From: Candidatus Bathyarchaeota archaeon
Lineage (GTDB): Archaea > Thermoproteota > Bathyarchaeia > Bathyarchaeales > Bathycorpusculaceae
Assembly (NCBI GenBank): GCA_963733095.1
Contig: CAVTBV010000014.1
Coordinates: forward strand, 64,001 to 128,000
DNA length: 64,000 bases
Direction of reading: 5' to 3'
The notes under the pieces are model-generated. The model made no database searches and was not told where the DNA came from. It saw nothing but the letters and a program-made list of their open reading frames with translations. Shown here one piece after another: positions 21,428-30,256 of this stretch. A program made the translations under genes and the position numbers. How positions within the stretch are numbered: the first letter of the stretch is position 1; the number at the start of each line of letters is the position of its first letter.

Positions 21428-21592
21428 ATGAAAACAACATATTCAATCGCAGTAGCAATAGTTGTAATCGCCATAAAAATCGGCTCAGTTGCCGCCTACA
21501 CATACATAGGCTCAAATGAAACCCACGCCCAGACCAAACCCAACGCCAACGGCGGCACCAACTGCAAGCCCAACTGCACTGAACAAATTTAA
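21428..21592 (+). pseudogene. degenerate 5' fragment of a pstS-like gene
   Basis: MKTTYSIAVAIVVIAIKIGSVAAYTY aligns with PstS MNTKYAIIAIVAIAIILGSVAAYIY; PTPTAAPTASPTA linker lies in a shifted frame; truncated. Confidence 0.7.
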
Positions 21593-21756
21593 AAATTATT
21601 TTCCCCGCAATGCTATATGTCTTTTAACTGACGTGACCTCTCTGTTGTACCGAGTTTCTCTATCGAGTAATTTTTTCATAAAAAAAGATGTATAACTTTT
21701 GCCTTTTTTAAAACAAGAATGCACTTAAAAGATACAGGACATAAAAATTAAAAAAA

Positions 21757-22842
21757 TTAGCTTAAAACTGACTCTACGTTCAAATTCAAAACAACTTCAG
21801 AAATGTCGCTGGCGTACTCCGCGGTTCGCCTAACGCTTTCAATCAGCAGTCTCAAGTTAACGATTTCTTCAACTTTAGCATTCTGCGAGCACAAAACAGC
21901 TTCCTTCTCAACTTTGTGCGCCTGGCTTAGTTTTTCGATAACAGTCTCCGCCAGGTTAAAATCGCGTTTGAACAGTGCTTCCATGGAGCTCTCAAACATT
22001 GAAATAGCTAAGGTGCTCAACTGGCTTATCTTTTCTAAAACCTCTTCTTTTACTGGTTCTTTAAGCAGCAGGGTGTTTTCAGCCATTTTTGTGGCGTGGT
22101 CAGCTGTTCTTTCAACGGCTTTTGCAATTAGTCTGTAGCCTAAGCATTCTTTTTGGTTGGTTAAACCGATTTCTTTAACAACCCTTTGATTTGTAACGGC
22201 CAACTTCAAAAGTCTTACTACGTAGAGTCCGAATCGGTTCACTTCGCGGTCAGTTTCTATAACGGCTTTGGCACCGGGGTAGTCGAGTTTTTTTAGTGAT
22301 GCTAAGGCTTCTCTATGCATGGATGACGAGATTATTCCCATTCTGCTTAATGCGTTTTGAACGGTAAGTTCAGGATAGTTAAGCAAAACCTGCAGGGTTA
22401 ATTCGGTTGGAGTGTCGATAACTATTTCTGTTCCGACAAGGTAGTTTCTTGCGAAGCTTTTTAGGTGGTTGCGCAGTTTTGAAGAGAGGACCTTTTGTCC
22501 TTGAGCTCTTATGTGGAGAACGTTGTAGCCGCTCAGGTAGGCTGATATTGCTGTTCTCATGATGGCGTCGGGGTTGTCGTTTATGGATGATTTGATGTAG
22601 GCTTCGTCTTGTTTTTGTTGTTTTGGAAAGCTTGAAGGAGCAATCGATAGTGAGCCATCTTCTTCTTCGCGGACCATCATTGCACTTCCGCGTTTGAGTT
22701 CGTTTTTGGTGGCCCAGTCTTTAGGTAGAGAAAGGATGAAGGTTGAGCCGCCTGTTACCTGGAGTTTACGTTGTTCTTCACTTAGTTTTTCTGTTTCTTT
22801 AGTCAAACTTGACTCCAAGTAACTCTTTTTACGATTAGTCAT
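21757..22842 (-). CDS. archaeal phosphate regulator: N-terminal AbrB/SpoVT domain plus tandem PhoU domains
   Basis: RKLQVTGGSTFILSLPKDWA (AbrB-like), VERTADHA, RRTAEYASDISE. Confidence 0.92.
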   Translation of the reverse strand: MTNRKKSYLESSLTKETEKLSEEQRKLQVTGGSTFILSLPKDWATKNELKRGSAMMVREEEDGSLSIAPSSFPKQQKQDEAYIKSSINDNPDAIMRTAISAYLSGYNVLHIRAQGQKVLSSKLRNHLKSFARNYLVGTEIVIDTPTELTLQVLLNYPELTVQNALSRMGIISSSMHREALASLKKLDYPGAKAVIETDREVNRFGLYVVRLLKLAVTNQRVVKEIGLTNQKECLGYRLIAKAVERTADHATKMAENTLLLKEPVKEEVLEKISQLSTLAISMFESSMEALFKRDFNLAETVIEKLSQAHKVEKEAVLCSQNAKVEEIVNLRLLIESVRRTAEYASDISEVVLNLNVESVLS

Positions 22843-22905
22843 TATATATGGTATATCTATATAGTCTATAAATTTTATGTAGATATACTATATAACCAAT
22901 GTATA
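22843..22905. promoter_or_regulatory. divergent phoU/pstS promoter with inverted copies of a candidate Pho-box
   Basis: ATGGTATATCTATATAG on + (22848-22864) and ATTGGTTATATAG on - (22888-22900). Confidence 0.5.
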
Positions 22906-22938
22906 ATCTGTAGTTAAACAAAAACGAGGAATGAAAAT

Positions 22939-24051
22939 ATGAACACTAAATATGCCATAATAGCAATAGTTGCAATCGCTATAATACTCGGTTCAGTAGC
23001 GGCATACATTTACCTCTCACAACCCTCAGGCACATCTGGCCAAACCACAACCCTCAACGGCGCAGGAGCAACCTTCCCGTATCCACTCCTTGACTCCATG
23101 ATAGCAAGCTACTCAACAAATGTGAACACCAACGTCCAAATAAACTACCAGCCAATAGGCAGCGGCGGCGGAATTTCGGCAATGCATGACAAAACCGTTG
23201 ATTTTGGAGCCTCAGACGCACCATTAAGCGCAACTGACAAGGCTAATGTACCGAATGCATTGCATATCCCCGAAACAATTGGAGCAGTCACGGTAGCCTA
23301 TAATCTACCTGGCATTGCTTCTGGTCTACATCTAACGGGTCAAGTCATTGCAGACATTTTTGAAGGAAAAATAACCAAGTGGAATGACCCCTCAATTCAA
23401 AACATCAATTCCGGAATTACTCTTCCAAATGAGGGAATAAACACTGTTCACCGCTCTGATGGTTCAGGAACTACCTTCATCTTCACCAGCTACCTCAGCG
23501 CATCAAGCGCATCATGGAACAGCTCTGTAGGCGCAGGTAAATCGGTCTCTTGGCCAGTTGGAACAGGCTCAAACGGCAACACAGGAGTTGCTTCAACGGT
23601 AAACGGCACAAGATACGCCATCGGATACGTCGAATTAGCTTACATCCTACAAAATGGAATGACTGTTGCCGCAGTTCAGAATCCATCGGGAAACTGGGTC
23701 CTGCCCAGCCTTGATTCAACAACGGTTGCAGTTCAATCAGGTGCTTCAAGTGGATTGCCCGCAGGCGATGCAAGCTGGACTAACGTGAGTCTCCTCAACG
23801 CTCCAGACGCAAACGCATACCCCATAGTAAGCTTCACCTACCTGCTTTCGTACAAAGAGCTTAACGTGCTTTCCGACATGACACAGGCTAAGGCAACAGC
23901 TCTGGTCCAGTTTCTCTGGTACGTCGTACATGATGGACAAAACCTCGCCCCTCAACTTTCCTACGCAAAATTGCCCTCCAACGTAGTGCAAATCGACGAA
24001 ACAACAATCAAATCCATAACATTCAACGGACAAACACTTCCAACAACTTAA
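22939..24051 (+). CDS. pstS: phosphate ABC transporter substrate-binding protein
   Basis: GAGATFPYP, GSGGG, DFGASDAP and HRSDGSGTT motifs. Confidence 0.96.
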   Translation: MNTKYAIIAIVAIAIILGSVAAYIYLSQPSGTSGQTTTLNGAGATFPYPLLDSMIASYSTNVNTNVQINYQPIGSGGGISAMHDKTVDFGASDAPLSATDKANVPNALHIPETIGAVTVAYNLPGIASGLHLTGQVIADIFEGKITKWNDPSIQNINSGITLPNEGINTVHRSDGSGTTFIFTSYLSASSASWNSSVGAGKSVSWPVGTGSNGNTGVASTVNGTRYAIGYVELAYILQNGMTVAAVQNPSGNWVLPSLDSTTVAVQSGASSGLPAGDASWTNVSLLNAPDANAYPIVSFTYLLSYKELNVLSDMTQAKATALVQFLWYVVHDGQNLAPQLSYAKLPSNVVQIDETTIKSITFNGQTLPTT

Positions 24052-24052
24052 G

Positions 24053-25042
24053 GTGGATAACACTCTGACGCAGTCCCACCCCCAAAACTTTTTTACAAAA
24101 ATAAAAACTATATTAACAGGAGACTTTCTATTCAAGAATATAGCCGCTATCGTGGCGGCTTCAGCAATCGTAATTTTAATTATAACCGGTTACATCCTTG
24201 CAAGCGGCTCAGTGCCTGTAATTCAAAAGTTCGGCTCAAACTTCTTTTTCGGCAGCGCTTGGAACCCTGTTGAGGGCAGAGAAATCTACGGTGCACTCCC
24301 CTATGTGATGGGCACCCTTGTCACTTCAGGTATCGCGCTACTAATTGGTGTCCCGTTGAGTTTGGGAATAGCAGTTTTTCTTGTAGAGATGTCGCCTCGA
24401 ACACTCAGGGTGCCAATCGGCTATTTAGTTGAGTTGTTGGCTGCTGTTCCAAGCGTGATTTATGGACTTTGGGGGTTGTTTGTTTTTCGTTACTGGATTT
24501 TGGATTATGTAGAAAAACCCATATCCACATACCTTGGGTGGATTCCTATTTTTAGCGGAACACCGTTTGGTCTGGATATTTTTACTGCAGGAATTATCTT
24601 GGCAATCATGATAATTCCCACAATTGCATCCATCTCGAAAGAAGTCATAAGCGCCGTTCCAAACAGCATCCGCGAAGGCGCCTACAGCATCGGAGCAACA
24701 AAATGGGAAGTCATCCGCCACTGGGTAATCAGCTATGGGCGCTCAGGAATTTTCGGTGCAGTAATTTTAGGCTTAGGCAGAGCTGTGGGCGAGACAATGG
24801 CTGTTGCAATGCTTATCGGCAATGCTACAGGACCAGCAGCGATGCCTACGTCGCTTTTTAAACCCAGCCAAACTATGTCTTCCCTTATCGCCAACGGGTT
24901 CTTGGAAGCGACTGGTTCCTTGCAGGTTTCTGCCTACATCGGGGTTGGATTAATCCTTCTCATAATCAGCTTGCTCATCAACATTGGTGCAGGCGTTTTG
25001 GTTCATCGTGTATTGAAGGTTAAGGGAGGTGCAATAGAATAA
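24053..25042 (+). CDS. pstC: phosphate ABC transporter permease
   Basis: ELLAAVPSVIYGLWG and LGLGRAVGETMAV. Confidence 0.95.
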   Translation: MDNTLTQSHPQNFFTKIKTILTGDFLFKNIAAIVAASAIVILIITGYILASGSVPVIQKFGSNFFFGSAWNPVEGREIYGALPYVMGTLVTSGIALLIGVPLSLGIAVFLVEMSPRTLRVPIGYLVELLAAVPSVIYGLWGLFVFRYWILDYVEKPISTYLGWIPIFSGTPFGLDIFTAGIILAIMIIPTIASISKEVISAVPNSIREGAYSIGATKWEVIRHWVISYGRSGIFGAVILGLGRAVGETMAVAMLIGNATGPAAMPTSLFKPSQTMSSLIANGFLEATGSLQVSAYIGVGLILLIISLLINIGAGVLVHRVLKVKGGAIE

Positions 25043-25869
25043 TCTCCAACTATAGCTTCCGCAAATTCAAGAACCGCCTGTTCTTCATTCTATGCGCCGT
25101 CTGTGTGGTCCTTACGGTTACTCCATTGCTCAGCATCCTTTGGGAAGTCATCGTAAGGGGTGCACCTCAGCTAAGCATTGGCTTTTTGATTAACAACAAC
25201 TCTGGAGGAGGAATTGGACCCGCAATACAGGGCACTCTCATTTTGATTGGGTTAACAAGCCTATTCGGTATCCCTGTTGGAATAATCTCAGGTGTTTACC
25301 TTGCCGAATTCGGAAACAACAAGTATGCAACTGCCATGCGCTCAATCAATGATGTATTAACAGAGTTTCCATCCATCGTCGTCGGCATCACAGCTTATGG
25401 CGTAATAGTCATCGCCCTCATCGGACACTACTCAGCAATTGCAGGAGCTATCGCACTCTCATTCATCCTAATCCCCATCGTCGCAAGAACAACCGAAGAA
25501 TCCCTAAAACTCGTCCCAAACAGCGTCCGAGAAGCATCCCTTGCCCTCGGCGCCCACAAATGGCGAACAACACTAAGCGTCGTATTGCCCACCGCCAAAG
25601 CCGGTTTGCTCACTGGAACACTCCTCGCAGTTGCCCGAATCGCAGGAGAAACCGCCCCCTTAATCATGACAATACTGGGAAACCGGTACTTCTTCCAAGG
25701 CTTAAACCAGCCCATGGCAGCTTTACCCCTTGAAATTTGGCGAGACTCCCTCCAGCCGCAAGCCAGCCTTCAGGCGCAGGGTTGGGGAGCAGCCCTAATC
25801 TTGATTCTCATGGTACTCAGCCTAAACATTATAGTTAGAATAGCAACAAGAGGTAGAAACAAAAGATGA
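25039..25869 (+). CDS. pstA: phosphate ABC transporter permease (putative ATA start)
   Basis: PSIVVG and [10 protein letters not shown] motifs. In-frame extension [11 protein letters not shown] upstream of GTG 25105; SD GGAGGTG 7 nt before ATA 25039. Confidence 0.93.
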   Translation: MISNYSFRKFKNRLFFILCAVCVVLTVTPLLSILWEVIVRGAPQLSIGFLINNNSGGGIGPAIQGTLILIGLTSLFGIPVGIISGVYLAEFGNNKYATAMRSINDVLTEFPSIVVGITAYGVIVIALIGHYSAIAGAIALSFILIPIVARTTEESLKLVPNSVREASLALGAHKWRTTLSVVLPTAKAGLLTGTLLAVARIAGETAPLIMTILGNRYFFQGLNQPMAALPLEIWRDSLQPQASLQAQGWGAALILILMVLSLNIIVRIATRGRNKR

Positions 25870-26663
25870 CAAGCACAACTAATACTCAAACAAAAGCTGT
25901 TGACCCAGAAATGAAAATGCAGAGTATTGAATTAAACGCTTGGTTTGGGGCAAAACAAGCATTAAAAAACGTAAACATCAATATCAAAGCAAACGCGGTA
26001 ACCGCCATAATTGGGCCATCAGGATGCGGCAAATCCACTTTTATCCGTTGCCTAAACCGAATGCACGAACTCACCCCAACCGCTAAAATGACCGGACAAA
26101 TACTGTTGGACGGACAAAACATCTACGACAAACAAGTTGACCCTGTTCAGGTTCGCCGAAGAGTCGGCATGGTTTTCCAAAAGCCCAACCCCTTCCCAAC
26201 AATGTCCATATACGACAACGTTGCCGCCGGCTTAAAGCTGACAGGCACTAAGAAAGGCAAGAACCTCGACGAAGTAGTCAAACGCAGCTTAGAGCAGGCC
26301 ACCCTTTGGGAAGAAGTTAAAGCTGATTTGAAGAAGCCCGGCACGAGCATTTCTGGGGGCCAGCAGCAGCGTCTCTGCATTGCACGGGCTATCGCGTTGC
26401 AGCCTGAAGTTATCTTAATGGATGAACCATGTTCAGCGTTGGATCCGATTGCGACGGCTAAGATTGAGCGGTTAGTGGTTGAACTTAAACGAGATTACAC
26501 CGTTGCCATAGTTACTCATAACATGCAGCAGGCGTCGCGAGTGTCGGATTATACAGCTTTTATGTACCTTGGCTCGTTAATAGAGTTTGGACCGACACGA
26601 GATATTTTTGAATCTCCCAAAAATCCATTAACAGAAAAATACATAACAGGAGAATTCGGATAG
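25866..26663 (+). CDS. pstB: phosphate ABC transporter ATP-binding protein
   Basis: [38 protein letters not shown]. Confidence 0.97.
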   Translation: MTSTTNTQTKAVDPEMKMQSIELNAWFGAKQALKNVNINIKANAVTAIIGPSGCGKSTFIRCLNRMHELTPTAKMTGQILLDGQNIYDKQVDPVQVRRRVGMVFQKPNPFPTMSIYDNVAAGLKLTGTKKGKNLDEVVKRSLEQATLWEEVKADLKKPGTSISGGQQQRLCIARAIALQPEVILMDEPCSALDPIATAKIERLVVELKRDYTVAIVTHNMQQASRVSDYTAFMYLGSLIEFGPTRDIFESPKNPLTEKYITGEFG

Positions 26664-26674
26664 GAGACTAAAGT

Positions 26675-27319
26675 ATGAGCAGAATAATTGACCGCGGATT
26701 AGAAGAGGAGTCAGTCTTAATTGTTAGGATGGGTGAGTTAACCTATGATACCCTTGCCCTTTCAATTCATGGGTACCTTGAAGGCAAAAGTGTTCAGAAA
26801 CAAGTTGAGGAAATGTCGGACATTCTTCTTACGATGGCTGATAAGGTTGAAGATGAAACCTTCCAGTTAATCGCCCGTTTCCAACCCGTCGCCACTGACC
26901 TTAGAACCATAAAATCCTACATGAAAATTGCAACAGACTTTGCAAGATACGGCCGATATTCACTCGATATCGCCTTCATCAATGACCAACTGCATGGAAC
27001 AAAAGAATGTGAAACTTGGACCCGTGACTATATAAATGAAATGAGCGAAAAAGTCCTCACAATGGTCAAAATAAGTGTGACAGCACTGAAAAGACAGGAC
27101 ATCACCCTTGCTAAAACGATTTCAGAAACTGAACGCCAAGTCGACAAAATGTACTTCGACTATCTCAACAAACTAATCAAAGAAGAACAAGCTAACAGCA
27201 AATGCGTTCTATCGAGCGCTTTGATGACCCGGTATTTGGAGCGCATTGCTGACCATGCGGTCTACGTTTGTGAATCAATCGTTTACATAGTGACGGGCAA
27301 AAAGGTAAACTTGGGCTAA
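26675..27319 (+). CDS. phoU: phosphate transport system regulator PhoU
   Basis: QPVATDLR and LERIADHA motifs; follows pstB. Confidence 0.92.
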   Translation: MSRIIDRGLEEESVLIVRMGELTYDTLALSIHGYLEGKSVQKQVEEMSDILLTMADKVEDETFQLIARFQPVATDLRTIKSYMKIATDFARYGRYSLDIAFINDQLHGTKECETWTRDYINEMSEKVLTMVKISVTALKRQDITLAKTISETERQVDKMYFDYLNKLIKEEQANSKCVLSSALMTRYLERIADHAVYVCESIVYIVTGKKVNLG

Positions 27320-27752
27320 ATCAATCTGGCTCAGAGGCAATTCAATTATAACCTTTGCGCCCTTGCCGAGGTTTTTTTCAAAACTTACGTTTCCACATTA
27401 ACTCAGAACCATTTGTCTGAAGTAGTGCATTATTTTTCAAACGTTAACCTGCTTCTAGTTAATACCAAGAGTGCGCAGGTTTTAGACAATTAAACAATCT
27501 TCCCTAAGGCTTGATATTAACTTGGTAGCTTTTTTACTGTAATTTGGTTTGTCCTCTATTTCGATGAGGCCTCTGTAAGCTTTTCTATTAAACTGCCATC
27601 GATAAATATCTGTTTCAATTCAATTTTCAGACGATGTTTTAGCGATTAATGATAGCATGTTAAACCATATACTGTTAGCGCTATCAACCTAAACCGCCGA
27701 CGCCATAGGTAATATTAAGCTCCGCAACCTAAATGTTATTGGATGATTTTGG

Positions 27753-28655
27753 ATGTCAATTGATGCAGAAGACTTCAAGGTTCCGGCGGGAAAAAAGGTT
27801 AGTTTGAAGGATTATGATTCCAACTGGGTTCCAAAATGGGCCAAAAAACAAGAACAAAAAGAAGGAAAAAAAGCGATAAAAGAACAAGCCTCAGCGCTTC
27901 TTGAAGCCAACAGGCAAAAGCTGATCACTCAACAGGAATTGTTCTGGGCAAGTGCCACCTATTCGATGTTGATTATTCTTCAAGGGATGGATGCCGCTGG
28001 GAAAGACGGCACAATCAATCATGTCATGTCAGGGGTTAATCCACAAGGCTGCCAAGTTGCAAGTTTCAAAACCCCTTCAGCCGAGGAACTAAATCATGAT
28101 TTCCTCTGGCGATACACTAAAGCTCTTCCAGAAAGAGGCATCATAGGAATTTTTAACCGTTCATACTATGAGGACGTGTTGATTGTTAAGGTACGACCCG
28201 AAGTTCTGGAAAAAACGAAATTGCCCCATCAAGACGAAGGGGAACACTTTTGGGCTCAGAGGTATGAGGACATTAATCTGTTTGAACGTCATTTGGTTCG
28301 GAACGGCACGGTTGTGTTAAAATTCTTCCTCAACCTTTCAAAGAAAGAGCAGAAGAACCGTTTGCTTGACCGACTCGAACACGCGGATAAAGAATGGAAA
28401 TTTTCGTTAACTGACCTTTCTGAACGCTCCAAATGGACAGATTATATGGGGGCATATGAAGATATGCTCAATAATACGAGCACTGATTGGGCTCCGTGGT
28501 ATGTTATTCCTGCAGATAAAAAATGGGTTGCTCATGCGTCGATTTCTGAGATTATTCTTTCGGAAATCAAAAAGTTGGATTTAAAATATCCTGTTTTAAG
28601 CAAAGAGCAATGTGATGCTTTGGAAAAAGCAAGAACTGAACTGGAAAAGGAATAA
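27753..28655 (+). CDS. ppk2: polyphosphate kinase 2 family (class III-like)
   Basis: QGMDAAGKDG Walker A, FNRSYYE, APWYVIPADKKW. Confidence 0.93.
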   Translation: MSIDAEDFKVPAGKKVSLKDYDSNWVPKWAKKQEQKEGKKAIKEQASALLEANRQKLITQQELFWASATYSMLIILQGMDAAGKDGTINHVMSGVNPQGCQVASFKTPSAEELNHDFLWRYTKALPERGIIGIFNRSYYEDVLIVKVRPEVLEKTKLPHQDEGEHFWAQRYEDINLFERHLVRNGTVVLKFFLNLSKKEQKNRLLDRLEHADKEWKFSLTDLSERSKWTDYMGAYEDMLNNTSTDWAPWYVIPADKKWVAHASISEIILSEIKKLDLKYPVLSKEQCDALEKARTELEKE

Positions 28656-28675
28656 ACAGTTTCGGGATGCCTAAA

Positions 28676-30256
28676 TTATGTATCATGGTTAACTATGCAA
28701 TGTGCATCCAGTTCTTTCCCGAATGCTTCAAAGAATGCTTGTCGGTTCTGGATAATGCTCCACTCTTCCAAGCTGCAATCTGAATCGGAATAAAACGAGA
28801 GCAACACCTGATCTTTGCTCATCTTAACAAATTCAGCCTTCTTCACAAGGCAACAGTGACTTCGATCAAGCTTTTCTGCAAAACGAAGAAAGGTGGAAAG
28901 AACCGCGATTGTATGGTTAGTTTTCTCGTCCAATCCCGTATTTTTCAAAGCCTTCTTCGATGGCAGTTTTTTGCGGTGAAAACGAGCTATGTTGGCCATT
29001 ATTTGAACTTCCTTTTTGTCAAAACCTAAGAGTTCAGCGTTGCTGATGATATAGTGGGAGTGAAGTTGGTGGTTGTTAAACGAGAGAAAATCTCCAACAT
29101 CATGCAAAGTTGCAGCATGCGTCAAAAGTTCTTTTTCGGTTTCTCCAAGGTTGTGAAGCCCGATTTGTTTTGCACTTTCAAAAAGTTGCAGGGCCAAAGA
29201 AGCCACTGTTTCGGAATGTTTCTCGTCAAAGTTGCATGACCTGCCTAAATGCAGAATGCTCCTACTCCTTGTGGGTGCTTTCTGCAGTTCTCGAAAGCCC
29301 TCAAAATTAGACAGATATTCTGAGAGCAATCCATCGCGGAGTTCTCGGTGGCTGATACGGATTTCTTCTATGCCGAATTGTTCCATGATTGCCTCGATTA
29401 TAGCTGCTCCAGCTATTATGATGTCTGCGCGGTCTGGATTGATAGCTGGTACTTTTTTCCTTTCCGCAAGAGGCAGCCAGCAAAGAACCGTCGCAAGCTT
29501 TTTGAGGTTTTTCCTGGTTAACATTAATTCGTTGTTGGGGTTGTTTTTCTTGAACAGTTTGTTTGAGACCTCTGCCAAGTTTATCATGGTGCCTGATGAG
29601 CCCCATGCTAACCTAACGCCGTACTCTAAAACTCTGGGTTTAACCACTTTTATCTTAGTGCAAGCGTAGTGCTTTATTTTCTTGTAGGTTTCAGTTTTTA
29701 TGGGTCCAGTCCAGCCTTCGCCAATAAACTTTGACGTTAGCCGGATTGCTCCCAACCTCAGACTGTTCAAATAGAAGCTTTCATGTTGGTTTCCGATGGC
29801 AATTTCTGTGCTGCCACCGCCTAAATCGATGAAAATGGCTTTTTGGTCGCCAATATCTATACCGCTGGAGACACCTAACCAAATGAGTCGCGCTTCTTCC
29901 TCCCCTGAAATAACATTAACGTTGAGCCCTGTTTTGTCATGGAGGTTTTGCAGAAACTCACATTGGTTTTCGGCTTCTCGAATTGCCGAGGTACCGACTG
30001 ATATTATTTCTGAGGCACCATATGTTTTGGCTAGGTTAGCAAATTTTCCACAGACAAATATTGCGCGCTCCATTGCTTGGGGTTTAAGTATGTTATCTTT
30101 GAATTCATCTTCCCCTAACCTGACGACTTCTTTTTCTTGACTGATGATGGTGTATGAGAAATTTGGGTTTATCCTCACCACTAAAAGACGAACTGCGTTG
30201 GTTCCGATGTCCACGAACCCGACTACATGTCCAGCGGTTTTAACGACTGCTTCCAT
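28676..30256 (-). CDS. ppx: Ppx/GppA exopolyphosphatase with C-terminal HD-like domain
   Basis: DIGTNAVRL, SGEEEARL, DLGGGSTE, RADII and LHDVG motifs. Confidence 0.93.
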   Translation of the reverse strand: MEAVVKTAGHVVGFVDIGTNAVRLLVVRINPNFSYTIISQEKEVVRLGEDEFKDNILKPQAMERAIFVCGKFANLAKTYGASEIISVGTSAIREAENQCEFLQNLHDKTGLNVNVISGEEEARLIWLGVSSGIDIGDQKAIFIDLGGGSTEIAIGNQHESFYLNSLRLGAIRLTSKFIGEGWTGPIKTETYKKIKHYACTKIKVVKPRVLEYGVRLAWGSSGTMINLAEVSNKLFKKNNPNNELMLTRKNLKKLATVLCWLPLAERKKVPAINPDRADIIIAGAAIIEAIMEQFGIEEIRISHRELRDGLLSEYLSNFEGFRELQKAPTRSRSILHLGRSCNFDEKHSETVASLALQLFESAKQIGLHNLGETEKELLTHAATLHDVGDFLSFNNHQLHSHYIISNAELLGFDKKEVQIMANIARFHRKKLPSKKALKNTGLDEKTNHTIAVLSTFLRFAEKLDRSHCCLVKKAEFVKMSKDQVLLSFYSDSDCSLEEWSIIQNRQAFFEAFGKELDAHCIVNHDT

